This document shows positions 8,018 to 17,926 of a DNA stretch of 64,000 bases, piece by piece. The stretch's first letter is position 1. The number at the start of each line of letters is the position of its first letter. Made by a program: the position numbers and the translations under genes. The notes beneath the pieces were generated by a model. The model worked only from the letters and a program-made list of their open reading frames with translations. It ran no database searches and was not told where the DNA came from. This stretch comes from Sphingomonas sp. (GTDB taxonomy: Bacteria; Pseudomonadota; Alphaproteobacteria; Sphingomonadales; Sphingomonadaceae), in assembly GCF_025353885.1 (NCBI RefSeq), contig NZ_JANXNX010000085.1:13308-77307 (forward strand), in the 5' to 3' direction.

Positions 8018-10885
8018 TTACTTCCCCGGCAGCACCGTCATCCGGAACTCACGCCCTGGCACTAGCCAGCGTTTGGCGGTCGCCTGTAATTCGGCGGGCG
8101 TGATCCGGGCATAGTCGCTGGACATCGTGATAAGCGCGCGCTCCTTTTCGGGAACCCGCGTGATACCGCCAAGCTGGTTCAGCCAGAAAGTATTGCCGCT
8201 TGCCGCGCGGGCGATGAGCTGTCGCAAAGGTCCGACCGATCGCGCCAGTTCGTCCGCGGTTACCGGCTGCGACGCGAATTGGGCGGCGATACTGCTGGTC
8301 AGCGCAAAGAACCGGTCGACGCCCTGCGGTTTGACTTGCGAGGTGACGACAAAGCTGCCGCCGCTTGTCAGCCCCATCGGCCACTGGCTCGACACATTGG
8401 GTGAATAACTTGCCCCCTCCCCTTCGCGGAGCTGGTCGAACAGCCGGTCATTGAAGATCGCCGCCAGAATGTCGAGCTTGCGGCTTTCATAGACGTCGGC
8501 AATCCCGCCCGCCGTTGGCCACGCCAACACCGCCGCTGCCTGGTCGGACGGGCCACGATGCGTGCGCATCACTGGCTTGCGGGTTGGCTTGACCGTCGGT
8601 GAGTTCGCGCTGCCGGGGGCGATGACCGCCGCCGGGCGCGGGGCAAGCGCGCCGAAGGTCGCCGCGACTGCCGCCGTCGCCTTGGCCGCGTCGAAATCGC
8701 CATAGACCGACAATTCGATCGGCCCCTGCGCCAGCAACGGCTCCCACAGTTTTCTGAAGGTTTCAGGGGTTAGTCCCGCAATCTGTTCGCGCGTCGGCGT
8801 CGACCAGCGCGGGTCGCCACCGTGCAACAGGCCCTGCAGGTCACGGTTTATGACGGCGTTGGGTGAGGCATCATTGCTTTCATACCCAGTCGTCATCGCG
8901 GCCCGCGCGCGCAGCACCGGCGCCGGATCCCAGCCCGGATGCGCCAGCTTGGCCGCCATCAGCTTCAACTGGTCGTCGAGGTCGGCGGCGCGTGTCACCG
9001 ACCGCAAGGTGAAACTGTCGTCGTCGACGTCGAAACCGAGATTGATCCGCCGGGCGCTGGTCAGCCGGTCGAGTTCGTCCTGTCCCAGGTCACCGATACC
9101 GCCGGCGACCAGCGCAATCGGCGCGGCCCATGCGACCGTCGCCGTGCTTGATGGCAACGCCTTCATCCCCGCCCCGAACCTTGCGGTGACCAGCACCTTG
9201 CCAACCTCGTTCGGGTCAGGGTGCAGGACCAGTTTCATTCCATTGGCAAATTCGATGACACGCAGGCCGACGGTCTCGATCTGCGTCGTCTTCACGATCG
9301 TGCCGGGTGCGCCGAACTTGGGCAGGCGGTCGAAGCTGACGGGCTTTCCTTCTGCCGCTGACGGACCCGCCGTAATCTCGGCGACGAGTGCTGCATTCAG
9401 CAAGGCATCGGCCTTGAGATCGGCGGCGGGCAGAGTCAGCAGCGCGCGCGTCGGGGTTCCCGTCATCAGATGCTGGGTTGCCGCCAGAATCGCCGCCGGA
9501 GTCAGGCGGTCGTGCATGATCGCAAAGACATCGCGCGCGACTTCGGGACTGGCCACGGTTTCATGGATGTTCACCGCCTCGACCAGATTATCCGACAGTT
9601 CGCCGCCGCTGTCATTGGTCGAAGTCTCGACCGCCTGCTGGAGCGCGGACGCGAATTCGGCGGCCTCGCGGTCGATGTCGGCTTGGCTCGACGGGTGCGT
9701 CAGGGCGTCGGCGATGACGCCACGAACGTCGCGAATGGCCGCCTGCCAATCCTGCCCCAACGGCACGATTTGGACGAACGTGCCATCGACCGACCGCGAA
9801 ATGTCCTGCTGGTCGATGCTCGCCGACAGGAAACTGCCGCCCAGCCGGGCGCGCCGTTCCAGCCGTCGGTTGATCAGCCGCGTGGCGACGGTCTCGATCA
9901 GCTTGCCACGATTATATTCGATCGTGTCGTTCTTTTCGGCCCATGGTCGCAGCACCGCGATGTTGACCACCGTCGGCAGGCCGGTTTCCACCAGCACCCG
10001 GCTACGTGGCGCATTGGGGTCGGGCTTGCCGAAATCGGGCGCTGTCGTCGATGGCGGAGGTGGCGCCCAATCGCTGAAATACCGCTTGATCAGTGTCTCG
10101 AAAACTGTCGGGTCGGCATCGCCTGCGATCACGACCAGCGTATGTTCGGGTCGATACCAGCGGTCGTGAAAGGCCCGCAGCGCGGGGACGGTCGCCGCAT
10201 TCAGCGACGCGATGTCACCGATCGGCGACCCCTGCCCCAGCCGCTGCCCGGCAAAGAACAGCTGGCGGGTGGCATCGCCAACCCGCTGTTGCGCGCCGCT
10301 GCCTTCACGCAGTTCGGCCAGCACGGTCCGGCGTTCGGCATCAACCTCGGCCTGTGTCAGTTCGGGCGCGGCCATCATGCCCGACAGAACCTTGACGCTT
10401 TCATCCAGTCCCGCCGCCGTCGCGCTCGGCAAGTCGAGCTTGTAGATCGTCTGCGTCGCGGTAGTCGAGGCGTTGGTGTCAGACCCGAATGTCGCACCCA
10501 GCCGCTGCCACAGCCGCTTGGCCTCGCCATCGGGAACATAACGCGAGCCACGAAAGCTTAAGTGTTCGTTGAAATGGGCAAATCCGCGCTCGCCTTCCCG
10601 CTCCATCAGCGAACCAGCGTCGATGGCGACGCGAATCGAAACCTGGCGCGGGGGCACGCCGTTGCGGCGGACAGCATAGCGAACGCCGTTGGGCAACTCG
10701 CCGAAGATCCATGCCTTGTCGGGGGGAATGTCGCTGCCCCGGTATAGCCACGGAACCGGCGCGATGACGGACTGGGCAGCGGCGGGCTTGGCGACTCGAG
10801 CCGGTGCACGCGCCTCCGCAATGCCGGTGAACGCAAGGGTAAGGACGAAAACGGAGCGCAGGACGCGCGACAGGACTGGACGCAT
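8018..10885 (-). CDS. M16 family zinc peptidase, double-module (PqqL-like), secreted
   Basis: 955 aa with a signal peptide (..VLTLAFTGIAEARAP) and the inverted zinc motif HFNEH (HxxEH) in ERGFAHFNEHLSFRGS. Two M16 active/inactive module pairs are fused in one chain. Confidence 0.9.
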   Translation of the reverse strand: MRPVLSRVLRSVFVLTLAFTGIAEARAPARVAKPAAAQSVIAPVPWLYRGSDIPPDKAWIFGELPNGVRYAVRRNGVPPRQVSIRVAIDAGSLMEREGERGFAHFNEHLSFRGSRYVPDGEAKRLWQRLGATFGSDTNASTTATQTIYKLDLPSATAAGLDESVKVLSGMMAAPELTQAEVDAERRTVLAELREGSGAQQRVGDATRQLFFAGQRLGQGSPIGDIASLNAATVPALRAFHDRWYRPEHTLVVIAGDADPTVFETLIKRYFSDWAPPPPSTTAPDFGKPDPNAPRSRVLVETGLPTVVNIAVLRPWAEKNDTIEYNRGKLIETVATRLINRRLERRARLGGSFLSASIDQQDISRSVDGTFVQIVPLGQDWQAAIRDVRGVIADALTHPSSQADIDREAAEFASALQQAVETSTNDSGGELSDNLVEAVNIHETVASPEVARDVFAIMHDRLTPAAILAATQHLMTGTPTRALLTLPAADLKADALLNAALVAEITAGPSAAEGKPVSFDRLPKFGAPGTIVKTTQIETVGLRVIEFANGMKLVLHPDPNEVGKVLVTARFGAGMKALPSSTATVAWAAPIALVAGGIGDLGQDELDRLTSARRINLGFDVDDDSFTLRSVTRAADLDDQLKLMAAKLAHPGWDPAPVLRARAAMTTGYESNDASPNAVINRDLQGLLHGGDPRWSTPTREQIAGLTPETFRKLWEPLLAQGPIELSVYGDFDAAKATAAVAATFGALAPRPAAVIAPGSANSPTVKPTRKPVMRTHRGPSDQAAAVLAWPTAGGIADVYESRKLDILAAIFNDRLFDQLREGEGASYSPNVSSQWPMGLTSGGSFVVTSQVKPQGVDRFFALTSSIAAQFASQPVTADELARSVGPLRQLIARAASGNTFWLNQLGGITRVPEKERALITMSSDYARITPAELQATAKRWLVPGREFRMTVLPGK

Positions 10886-10924
10886 AAGGGGGCTCCTACC
10901 GGGATGGGCAAGTTCACGCCAGTG

Positions 10925-12274
10925 TTAGCGTGGCAAGATCAGCGTCGCCCGCAGCCCCGGCGCATTGTCCGCCAGTTCCAGCCGCCCGCCGTGAAGATGA
11001 GCGACCGCTTCGGCAAGCGAGAGCCCCAGCCCCGCCCCGGGCTTGCCGCGCGACGTGTCGAGCCGCCCGAAGCGCCGCCGCGCCTCGGGCATGTCGCAGG
11101 TAGCGATGCCCGGCCCCGAATCGGCGACCGTCAGTCGCACGTTCCCGCCCGCATCGTGCGCCGACAGCGTGACGTCCCCGCCCGCGCCATAGGACAGCGC
11201 ATTGTCAATCAGGTTGCTCAACGCCTGGGCCAGCAGTTGCCGATGCGCGGCGACCAGCCTCAGCGGTGCGGCGTCGACCAGCAGTGCCATGCCCTTCTCA
11301 TCGGCCAGCGGCTCGTACATCTCGCCGAGTTCGGCGATCAGCGCAGCGGGATCAAGTTCGGCGAACTGGCTGCGCGCGGTCTGCGCCTCCGACCGTCCGA
11401 TCTCCAGCACCGTGGTCAGCATCCGTGTCAGATTGTCGGCCTCTGCCAGCACGCCACCCAGCAACTGGTCGCGCTGTCCCTCGTCGGTCACGGTCAGCGC
11501 GCGTTCGATACGGGCGCGCAATCGCCCGACCGGCGAACGGAGGTCGTGCGCCAGCGTGTCGGTCAGCATCCGTAGCTCACCCATCAGCAGCGTCAGGCGA
11601 TCGAGCATCGTGTTGATCCGCGACGACAACTGGTCGAACGCATCGCCGCTTTCGCCAACCGCCGCGCGCAGCGTCAAATGGCCCGCCCCGACTTCATCGA
11701 CGACGCGGGCAATCGTCTCTACCCGAGAACCGACATAGCGGGCGATCAATCCCCCGCTGACGACGCCCATGCCGATCGACAACAGCAATGCCAACAGCAG
11801 CGAACGCTCCAGCGTGTCCTGCAATTCGAGGTGTGGGTCGAACTGGCGCCCGCTGACGATCCAGTCGCCGCTCGGCAGCGGTCGGATCGTATAGCCGACC
11901 GACACCGTGTCGCTGCGCGGCAAGCGGCGGACATCGGCACTCCGGAAAGTAACCGCCGCCAGCCGTGCGGGCAACTGGTCGCGGGTGATGTTGCCCACGA
12001 CGACGCGGCCCGTCGGATCGACCAGCCCGGTAAAGGCGTGCGGATCGTCATGGACGGCGTCGAGCATTGCCCGGGCCAGCGCCGGACGATTTCCCGAGAT
12101 CGCAGTGTCACGCAGCACGTCGGCGTCGCTGGCCACGCGCTGGCGCATCGTTGCCATCGCGTCGTCCTGCGTGGCGACGCGAATAAAGGCGAGCAGCGCG
12201 AAATTGGTGAGCAATGCCAGCAATATGGAAAGGAGCGCGATCCGCGCGGTGGTCGGCAGCCGCAACCGCTTCAA
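10925..12274 (-). CDS. Sensor histidine kinase (2 TM, periplasmic loop, HAMP, HisKA, HATPase_c)
   Basis: H-box LAHDLRSPVGRL, N-box LSNLIDNALSY, G-boxes DSGPGI and GAGLGLS. Apparent TTG start at 12274 overlaps the regulator stop (TTGA). The first in-frame ATG lies after TM1, so TTG is preferred. Confidence 0.85.
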   Translation of the reverse strand: MKRLRLPTTARIALLSILLALLTNFALLAFIRVATQDDAMATMRQRVASDADVLRDTAISGNRPALARAMLDAVHDDPHAFTGLVDPTGRVVVGNITRDQLPARLAAVTFRSADVRRLPRSDTVSVGYTIRPLPSGDWIVSGRQFDPHLELQDTLERSLLLALLLSIGMGVVSGGLIARYVGSRVETIARVVDEVGAGHLTLRAAVGESGDAFDQLSSRINTMLDRLTLLMGELRMLTDTLAHDLRSPVGRLRARIERALTVTDEGQRDQLLGGVLAEADNLTRMLTTVLEIGRSEAQTARSQFAELDPAALIAELGEMYEPLADEKGMALLVDAAPLRLVAAHRQLLAQALSNLIDNALSYGAGGDVTLSAHDAGGNVRLTVADSGPGIATCDMPEARRRFGRLDTSRGKPGAGLGLSLAEAVAHLHGGRLELADNAPGLRATLILPR

Positions 12275-12960
12275 CTGGCGGCGAGCCGGTAACCCGCGCC
12301 GCGCACAGTATGCAGCAGGCTGCTTTCGAAGCCGTCGTCCAGTTTCTTGCGCAGGCGACTGACATGGACGTCGATGACGTTGGTCGCCGGGTCAAAATGA
12401 TAATCCCAGACGCTTTCCAGCAGCATCGTCCGGGTGACCACCCGGTCACTGTTGCGCGCGAAATATTCCAGCAGGGCATATTCGCGCGGTTTCAGGTCGA
12501 TGGCCTGCCCGGCGCGCTTCACCGTTCGCGACAGCAGGTCGATGTCCAGGTCGCCGACCGTCAGCCGGGTCTCGACCGCGCCATTGCCACGCCCATCGGC
12601 GCGACGGAGCAGCGCGTTGACGCGCGCCAACAGTTCGGAAAACGCAAAAGGCTTGACCAGATAGTCGTCGGCACCGCTCTCCAGCCCGGCAATGCGATCG
12701 TCGACCGTGGCCAGCGCCGACAGCACCAGCACCGGGGTCACCACGCCCGCCGCCCGCAAAGCGCGCAACACGCCCAGCCCATCGAGACCCGGCAGCATCC
12801 GGTCGAGTACGATCAGGTCGTAGCTGCCGTCCGAGGCCATGAACAACCCGTCACGCCCGTCCTCCGACTGGTTGACGACATGCCCATGCTCGCTGAGGCC
12901 CTTGACGACGAACGCGCGTGTTTCGGCATCGTCCTCGATGATCAGTATTTTCCGGCCCAT
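12271..12960 (-). CDS. OmpR/PhoB-family response regulator
   Basis: MGRKILIIEDD..., receiver Asp in DLIVLDRMLPGLDG, and a winged-helix C-terminus (LTVGDLDIDLLSRTVKRAGQAIDLKPREYALLEYF...IDVHVSRLRKKL). Start moved to ATG 12960; the track start 12996 adds 12 non-conserved residues. Confidence 0.9.
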   Translation of the reverse strand: MGRKILIIEDDAETRAFVVKGLSEHGHVVNQSEDGRDGLFMASDGSYDLIVLDRMLPGLDGLGVLRALRAAGVVTPVLVLSALATVDDRIAGLESGADDYLVKPFAFSELLARVNALLRRADGRGNGAVETRLTVGDLDIDLLSRTVKRAGQAIDLKPREYALLEYFARNSDRVVTRTMLLESVWDYHFDPATNVIDVHVSRLRKKLDDGFESSLLHTVRGAGYRLAAS

Positions 12961-13076
12961 GGTCGTCCAGCCTAAGTCATCGCGCGGCGTGCGCAAGTCG
13001 GGTGGTTGTCGTCTAGCTTTTCAGCCATCACGCACGGGTTTCGCGCGCATGACGAAAAGTTCATACGGTCGTTCGA

Positions 13077-14243
13077 TCAGAACCCGTCGGGCATCTCGAT
13101 CGGGCCGACGACCGCGCGGTAGCATTTGATGGCGAACCGGTCGGTCATCCCAGCGATGAAATCCCCGATATGACGGCTGCGGCCCGGCTCTGTGGCGGGC
13201 AAGCGCGCGCCCCACCCCTCGGGCAGCAGGGCCGGATTGTCGCAGTAAGCGGTGAAGAGCCCTGCCACGACGCGCGTGGCCTGTTCGGCGACCTCCATCT
13301 GCTTTGGATGATGATAAAGCTCGGCGTACATGAACCGCTTCAACATGCGCTCGTCCTGCTGCATCGTATCGGAAAACCCCGCCAGCGTGACCCCGGCGCA
13401 GCGCACGTCGTCGGCCGTGGCGATTCGGTGTTCGGCAATGCGCGCGCGGGTCGTCACCAGCACGTCGTTGACCATCGCCCCGATCTGCTGGCGCACCAGT
13501 TCGGGCATCAGCCGCCCCTCGGCGACGTCGGGGTAGCGGCGGCGCACCTCGTCCCAGCGCCGCGCCACGAACGGTATCGTCATCAGCGCATCCCGGGCCA
13601 GCAGCCCGGCCCGCAGGCCATCGTCGATGTCGTGGTTATCATAGGCGATGTCATCGGCAATCGCCGCGACTTGTGCCTCCAGCGAAGCATGGGCCGTCAG
13701 TTCGAGCGGGAACGCGGCATCGGCCTCGGCCAGCGCCCATTGAGGACGGGTAACAGGGCCATTGTGCTTGGCCAGCCCCTCCAGCGCCTCCCAACTGAGA
13801 TTCAGCCCGGCGTAGCGAGGATAAGGCGAATCGATCGTCATCACCGCGCGCAAGGTGTTGCCATTGTGGTCGAACCCGCCCGCCGCCGCCATTACTGTGC
13901 GCAGCGCGTCTTCCCCGGCATGGCCAAACGGCGGGTGGCCGATGTCGTGCGCCAGCGCCAGCGCCTCGGTCAGATCCTCGTCCACCCCCAGCGCCCGGGC
14001 CATCGTGCGCGCGATCTGCGCAACCTCCAGACTGTGCGTCAGGCGGACGCGGAAATGGTCGCCATCCGGAGCGACGAACACTTGGGTCTTGTGCCGTAAC
14101 CGTCGGAAGCTGATCGAATGGATGATCCGGTCGCGGTCGCGTTGAAAGACGGTGCGGGGACCACGGGTTTCGCCCAGAACCTCAAAATGCTGCCGTCCGC
14201 GACTGAGCAGCGGGTCGCTCGCATAGGGCGCGCGGGGGGTCAC
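13077..14243 (-). CDS. dgt: dGTPase-like HD-domain protein (deoxyguanosinetriphosphate triphosphohydrolase-like)
   Basis: YASDPLLSRGRQHFE..FQRDRDRIIHSISFRRLRHKTQVF...RLTHSLEVAQIAR...LAHDIGHPPFGH. Proposed GTG start at 14243 overlaps the upstream stop (GTGA). The track start 14402 would overlap the SPOR gene by 160 nt. Confidence 0.85.
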   Translation of the reverse strand: MTPRAPYASDPLLSRGRQHFEVLGETRGPRTVFQRDRDRIIHSISFRRLRHKTQVFVAPDGDHFRVRLTHSLEVAQIARTMARALGVDEDLTEALALAHDIGHPPFGHAGEDALRTVMAAAGGFDHNGNTLRAVMTIDSPYPRYAGLNLSWEALEGLAKHNGPVTRPQWALAEADAAFPLELTAHASLEAQVAAIADDIAYDNHDIDDGLRAGLLARDALMTIPFVARRWDEVRRRYPDVAEGRLMPELVRQQIGAMVNDVLVTTRARIAEHRIATADDVRCAGVTLAGFSDTMQQDERMLKRFMYAELYHHPKQMEVAEQATRVVAGLFTAYCDNPALLPEGWGARLPATEPGRSRHIGDFIAGMTDRFAIKCYRAVVGPIEMPDGF

Positions 14244-16207
14244 TTGCCGCCGACCCGTGTAACCTCCTGACCGGCCTCGCTGCTGAACATATTGGCCGAC
14301 ACGCCGCCCTTGGCCAGCGTATTCACCAGCGCGCGGGCGTCGGCGGGCGACTTCATCGGGCCGACCAGCAGGCGGTTGGTCGCCTTGAACGGCACGCTCC
14401 ACGCGCTGCGCCCCTTAAGCGCGGTTTCGTTGTCGTCGCGGATACGGTTCCAGGTCGTGGGCAGGCCGCGCTCGTTGTTGCCGGTCGCGACCTGGACCCA
14501 CAGCCGGGCGGGATTGCGCCGTGCCTCCGCAACCAGCGCCGCCTGCGCCTCTTTCTGGGCCTTCAGGTCGGCGGCTGTCGCGGCGGCTTCAACGGCCTTG
14601 CGCTGCGCCACGCGCCGCGCCGCCTTGGCCTCGGCAGCAGTCGGCAGCGCGACTGCGGCGGACTCCATTTCAGGCGTCAAACCCGCCAGGATCGAGGCGA
14701 GCCGCGACATCGGCGCGGGTTTCGGCGCGACCTGCGCGGGCGTCGGGATCGGCGCGGGCGCGGGCAATGGTGTCGGGGCGACCGCCAATGCCGCCGGTGC
14801 CGACGCTGTCGGGCCAACGACACGCGGCGTAGTGTGGATCGGTGCCGTCTCGAACGCCGGGATCATGTCGGATACCATCGGGGGCGCGACCTGAACGATC
14901 ACCGGAACAGGCGTGGCGACGGCGGGCGCTGCAGCACTGGGCGGTGGCAACACTCCACCCGGCACCAGCGTCACTCGTGCCATCTGGCGCGCCGCGGGTA
15001 CAGCGATTGCTTCGGGCGGCAATTTGGTCCGGTCGACCAGCGCCACCCGTGCACCGACCCGCCGGTCGGGCGCTGTCGGTAGCAGGACTTGCGGTAATAT
15101 CGCGGGCAAAGGCGCGGGCCTGGGCAAAGGCTTCGCCGGGGCGGCTTCTGCTGTTTTCAGCGGCACCGACCAGGGGGCCGCCATGGTCACCGTTTCGCGG
15201 CCCGGCCGACGACGTGGTTCGCGCGACAGCGGCACGGCGGCGCGCGCGGTGCGGGCATCGTCGGGACCCGGACCGAACGGGTCGCCGGTCGGGATCAGGC
15301 CGTCCGCAGCCGACCCAGGTTGGCCACCCTGACCACCGCCAATGGCATGGAACGGATCACCGATCTCGACCGACGCCATGTTCGTGCCTGCCGACGGCAT
15401 GGTCCCGAACGCGACCGCGTGCGCCTTGTCCGCCGCGTTCAACTGCGGCAGTCGGGACAGGAATGGTGCCATAGTCGCGGCAAGATTGGCGGGCATGACC
15501 TGGCGGGCAATGCCGTTCGCGCCGGCCACGTCTCCGTTCATCGCAAGGATGAACGCCCGCGCCCGCCACGCGCTCTGGTCCTGCTTCTTGATGAGCGGTT
15601 CAAGCAGTTTCAATGCCTGCGCGCGATCCCCCGAGATACCCAGCGACAACGCATATCGCCGGGTCGTCTCGTCATCGGGCGCGCGCTTTAGCACCAGCTG
15701 ATAGTCACGTTGCGCCCGTCGTGAATCACCGCGCAGGTCATAGGCCAGCCCGCGATCCCGCGCGATCTCGGCTTCGGGGATGCCCAGCGAAACCGCCTGC
15801 GCAAACAAGGGCAGGGCGTCGTCAGCGCGTTCCATCATCACCAGTGCGGACCCGAGCCCCGCCTTTGCCCGACCGTTGCGGGTATCGACCTGTTCGGCAC
15901 GCGCGAAAAAACCGACTGCGGCGTTGGGGTCGCCGACCGCAAGCGCCGCCTCCCCCGCGCCCAACAACGCCGACAGGCTGCGCGGCGCGACCGCCAGCGT
16001 TCGCAAATGCATCGAAAGAGTATCGACGGGATCGGTGGCACCTGTCCGGATCGGCATCCCCGCCTGCGACGCGGCAGGCGTCTGCGGCAACACCGGACGG
16101 GCGTTGCCGATCGTCTGCGCGTCCGCCTGTGCAGGGAGGAACGTCAGCGCCAGCGACGCAGCGCCCGCCCATAAAAAGGCCGGGCGGAAGATGGACGATA
16201 CTGTCAT
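14240..16207 (-). CDS. TPR-repeat / Pro-Ala-rich / C-terminal SPOR-domain protein (septal peptidoglycan binding)
   Basis: Signal peptide (..LTFLPAQADAQT), TPR-like helices in the first ~250 aa and a long P/A-rich linker. The C-terminus WVQVATGNNERGLPTTWNRI...WSVPFKATNRLLVGPMKSPADARALVNTLAKGGVSANMF is typical of SPOR domains. Confidence 0.8.
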   Translation of the reverse strand: MTVSSIFRPAFLWAGAASLALTFLPAQADAQTIGNARPVLPQTPAASQAGMPIRTGATDPVDTLSMHLRTLAVAPRSLSALLGAGEAALAVGDPNAAVGFFARAEQVDTRNGRAKAGLGSALVMMERADDALPLFAQAVSLGIPEAEIARDRGLAYDLRGDSRRAQRDYQLVLKRAPDDETTRRYALSLGISGDRAQALKLLEPLIKKQDQSAWRARAFILAMNGDVAGANGIARQVMPANLAATMAPFLSRLPQLNAADKAHAVAFGTMPSAGTNMASVEIGDPFHAIGGGQGGQPGSAADGLIPTGDPFGPGPDDARTARAAVPLSREPRRRPGRETVTMAAPWSVPLKTAEAAPAKPLPRPAPLPAILPQVLLPTAPDRRVGARVALVDRTKLPPEAIAVPAARQMARVTLVPGGVLPPPSAAAPAVATPVPVIVQVAPPMVSDMIPAFETAPIHTTPRVVGPTASAPAALAVAPTPLPAPAPIPTPAQVAPKPAPMSRLASILAGLTPEMESAAVALPTAAEAKAARRVAQRKAVEAAATAADLKAQKEAQAALVAEARRNPARLWVQVATGNNERGLPTTWNRIRDDNETALKGRSAWSVPFKATNRLLVGPMKSPADARALVNTLAKGGVSANMFSSEAGQEVTRVGGK

Positions 16208-16269
16208 GATGCCCTGGAGTTACCGGAGCAGGGCCGGTGGGGGCAAGCACCGTCGGATCGCCCGTGCGT

Positions 16270-16302
16270 CGGGCCGGTTCGCACTAAAGACGAACCGGCC
16301 CG
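16270..16302. terminator. Perfect 12-bp hairpin (CGGGCCGGTTCG-N9-CGAACCGGCCCG) between ftsZ and the SPOR gene
   Basis: Read directly from the sequence. A T-rich run (ttgttcttttt, 16308-16318) follows on the plus strand, which is an A-rich run before the stem in the ftsZ direction. Function as terminator versus 3'-stabiliser is unresolved. Confidence 0.45.
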
Positions 16303-16352
16303 AGATGTTGTTCTTTTTGGCCATTCTTACCGGCCAGTCCTGTCGAACGGTC

Positions 16353-17768
16353 TTACTGGTTATTCTGGCGGTTGAGGAAACGCGGTATGTCGAGGGGGTC
16401 CTTCGACGCTTCGGCTGTCGAATCGACCTTTGCCGAACCGCGAGCGATGTTCGACATCCGTTCGAACAGCGTTCCGCCACCGGGGGTCGGCGCCTTGGCT
16501 TCGGGCTCGACTTCGGGGGTCGATAGCCAGCGGCTCGTCTTCGGTGTCTCGTCCAGGTCGGCCAGCGGGTCGCCGGTGACCGCTGCATCCAGCATCGTTC
16601 CCGAATCCAGCAGCAATTCGTCTTCCGGGGTCAGGCTGCCATCGACGAACGAGGCGGTCTCGGCAGGGGATTCGGTATCGGCAACGGGTGCCGCAACTTC
16701 GGCAACGGGCTCGGCTTGTGGAGCGGCAGCGGGTGCCGCCGCTTCAGGCTTTTTGAAACCGGGAAATGCGAACACGCGCGCGGGTTCAGGCATGACCGAC
16801 GCTTCGGCTTCGATACCCGTCGCGACGACCGAAACGCGGATCTTGCCATCCAGCGCATTATTGAACGCCGAACCCCAGATGATGTTGGCATCGGGATCGA
16901 CCAGTTCCTTGATGTGGCTGGCCGCTTCGTCGACCTCCATCAGGCGCATATCCTCGCCGCCGGTGATCGAGATGATGACGCCCTTTGCGCCCTTCATCGA
17001 AACGCCGTCGAGCAGTGGGTTGGCAATGGCTTTCTCAGCCGCCTCGATGGCGCGGTTTTCACCTTCGGCCTCGCCGGTCCCCATCATCGCCTTGCCCATT
17101 TCACCCATGACGGAACGAACGTCGGCAAAGTCGAGGTTGATCAGGCCGGGCATGACCATCAGATCGGTGATGCCACGAACGCCCTGCTGCAGGACTTCAT
17201 CGGCCATCTTGAACGCGTCCTTGAACGTCGTCGAAGGGTTGGCGATCAGGAACAGATTCTGGTTCGGGATGACGATCAGCGTATCGACGTGCTTCTGCAG
17301 TTCGATGATGCCGGCCTCCGCAGCCTTCATCCGCCGCGATCCTTCAAAGCTGAACGGCTTTGTGACGACGCCGACGGTCAGGATGCCGCGATCACGTGCG
17401 GCCTTTGCAATGACCGGGGCCGCACCGGTTCCGGTGCCGCCGCCCATGCCCGCTGCAATGAAGCACATGTGCGAACCTTCGAGGGCCTTTTCGACCTGAT
17501 CGATGGTTTCTTCCGCCGCTGCCTTGCCGATTTCGGGGCGCGATCCGGCACCAAGTCCCTGCGTAATTTTCAGGCCGAGTTGCAACCGGCGTTCGGCGGC
17601 GCTGGTGTTCAGTGCCTGCGCGTCGGTGTTGGCGACGATGAAATCGACCCCCTGCACCTGGCTGGCAATCATGTTGGCAATGGCGTTTCCGCCCGCACCG
17701 CCGACACCGATTACACAGATCCGTGGACGAAGCTCATCCACTTCTGGTGGCAAGAATTCGATGCTCAT
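16353..17768 (-). CDS. ftsZ: Cell division protein FtsZ
   Basis: [13 protein letters not shown], tubulin signature [13 protein letters not shown], a P/A/E-rich linker and the conserved C-terminal peptide DIPRFLNRQ. Confidence 0.97.
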   Translation of the reverse strand: MSIEFLPPEVDELRPRICVIGVGGAGGNAIANMIASQVQGVDFIVANTDAQALNTSAAERRLQLGLKITQGLGAGSRPEIGKAAAEETIDQVEKALEGSHMCFIAAGMGGGTGTGAAPVIAKAARDRGILTVGVVTKPFSFEGSRRMKAAEAGIIELQKHVDTLIVIPNQNLFLIANPSTTFKDAFKMADEVLQQGVRGITDLMVMPGLINLDFADVRSVMGEMGKAMMGTGEAEGENRAIEAAEKAIANPLLDGVSMKGAKGVIISITGGEDMRLMEVDEAASHIKELVDPDANIIWGSAFNNALDGKIRVSVVATGIEAEASVMPEPARVFAFPGFKKPEAAAPAAAPQAEPVAEVAAPVADTESPAETASFVDGSLTPEDELLLDSGTMLDAAVTGDPLADLDETPKTSRWLSTPEVEPEAKAPTPGGGTLFERMSNIARGSAKVDSTAEASKDPLDIPRFLNRQNNQ

Positions 17769-17926
17769 CGAAATATCCCCTTCATTTTGCGCGCCAAAAT
17801 CTGGCCACTGATTTCTTTTGCACTAAGCGACTCGCCGAATCACCTAAAAAGTTAACGAAATGCGATTTATTTGTGAGAGCGTGCCAAATTGAATCAATTG
17901 CCGGTTTGTCGCTGCCAAAACGATGG

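Noticed and set aside
14640-15330. Repetitive-looking Pro/Ala-rich coding stretch in the SPOR protein, and similar stretches in the FtsZ linker (16560-16790) and the porin N-terminus (62930-63010), considered as tandem DNA repeats.
   Set aside because: These are low-complexity at the protein level, but I could not identify a fixed nucleotide repeat unit. They are consistent with disordered linkers.
17769-17926. CtrA (TTAA-N7-TTAAC) or DnaA (TTATCCACA) boxes in the 158-nt ftsA-ftsZ intergenic region, as known for Caulobacter ftsZ.
   Set aside because: Only a single TTAAC half-site (..aagTTAACgaaatgcg..) and no acceptable DnaA box. This is not distinguishable from chance.
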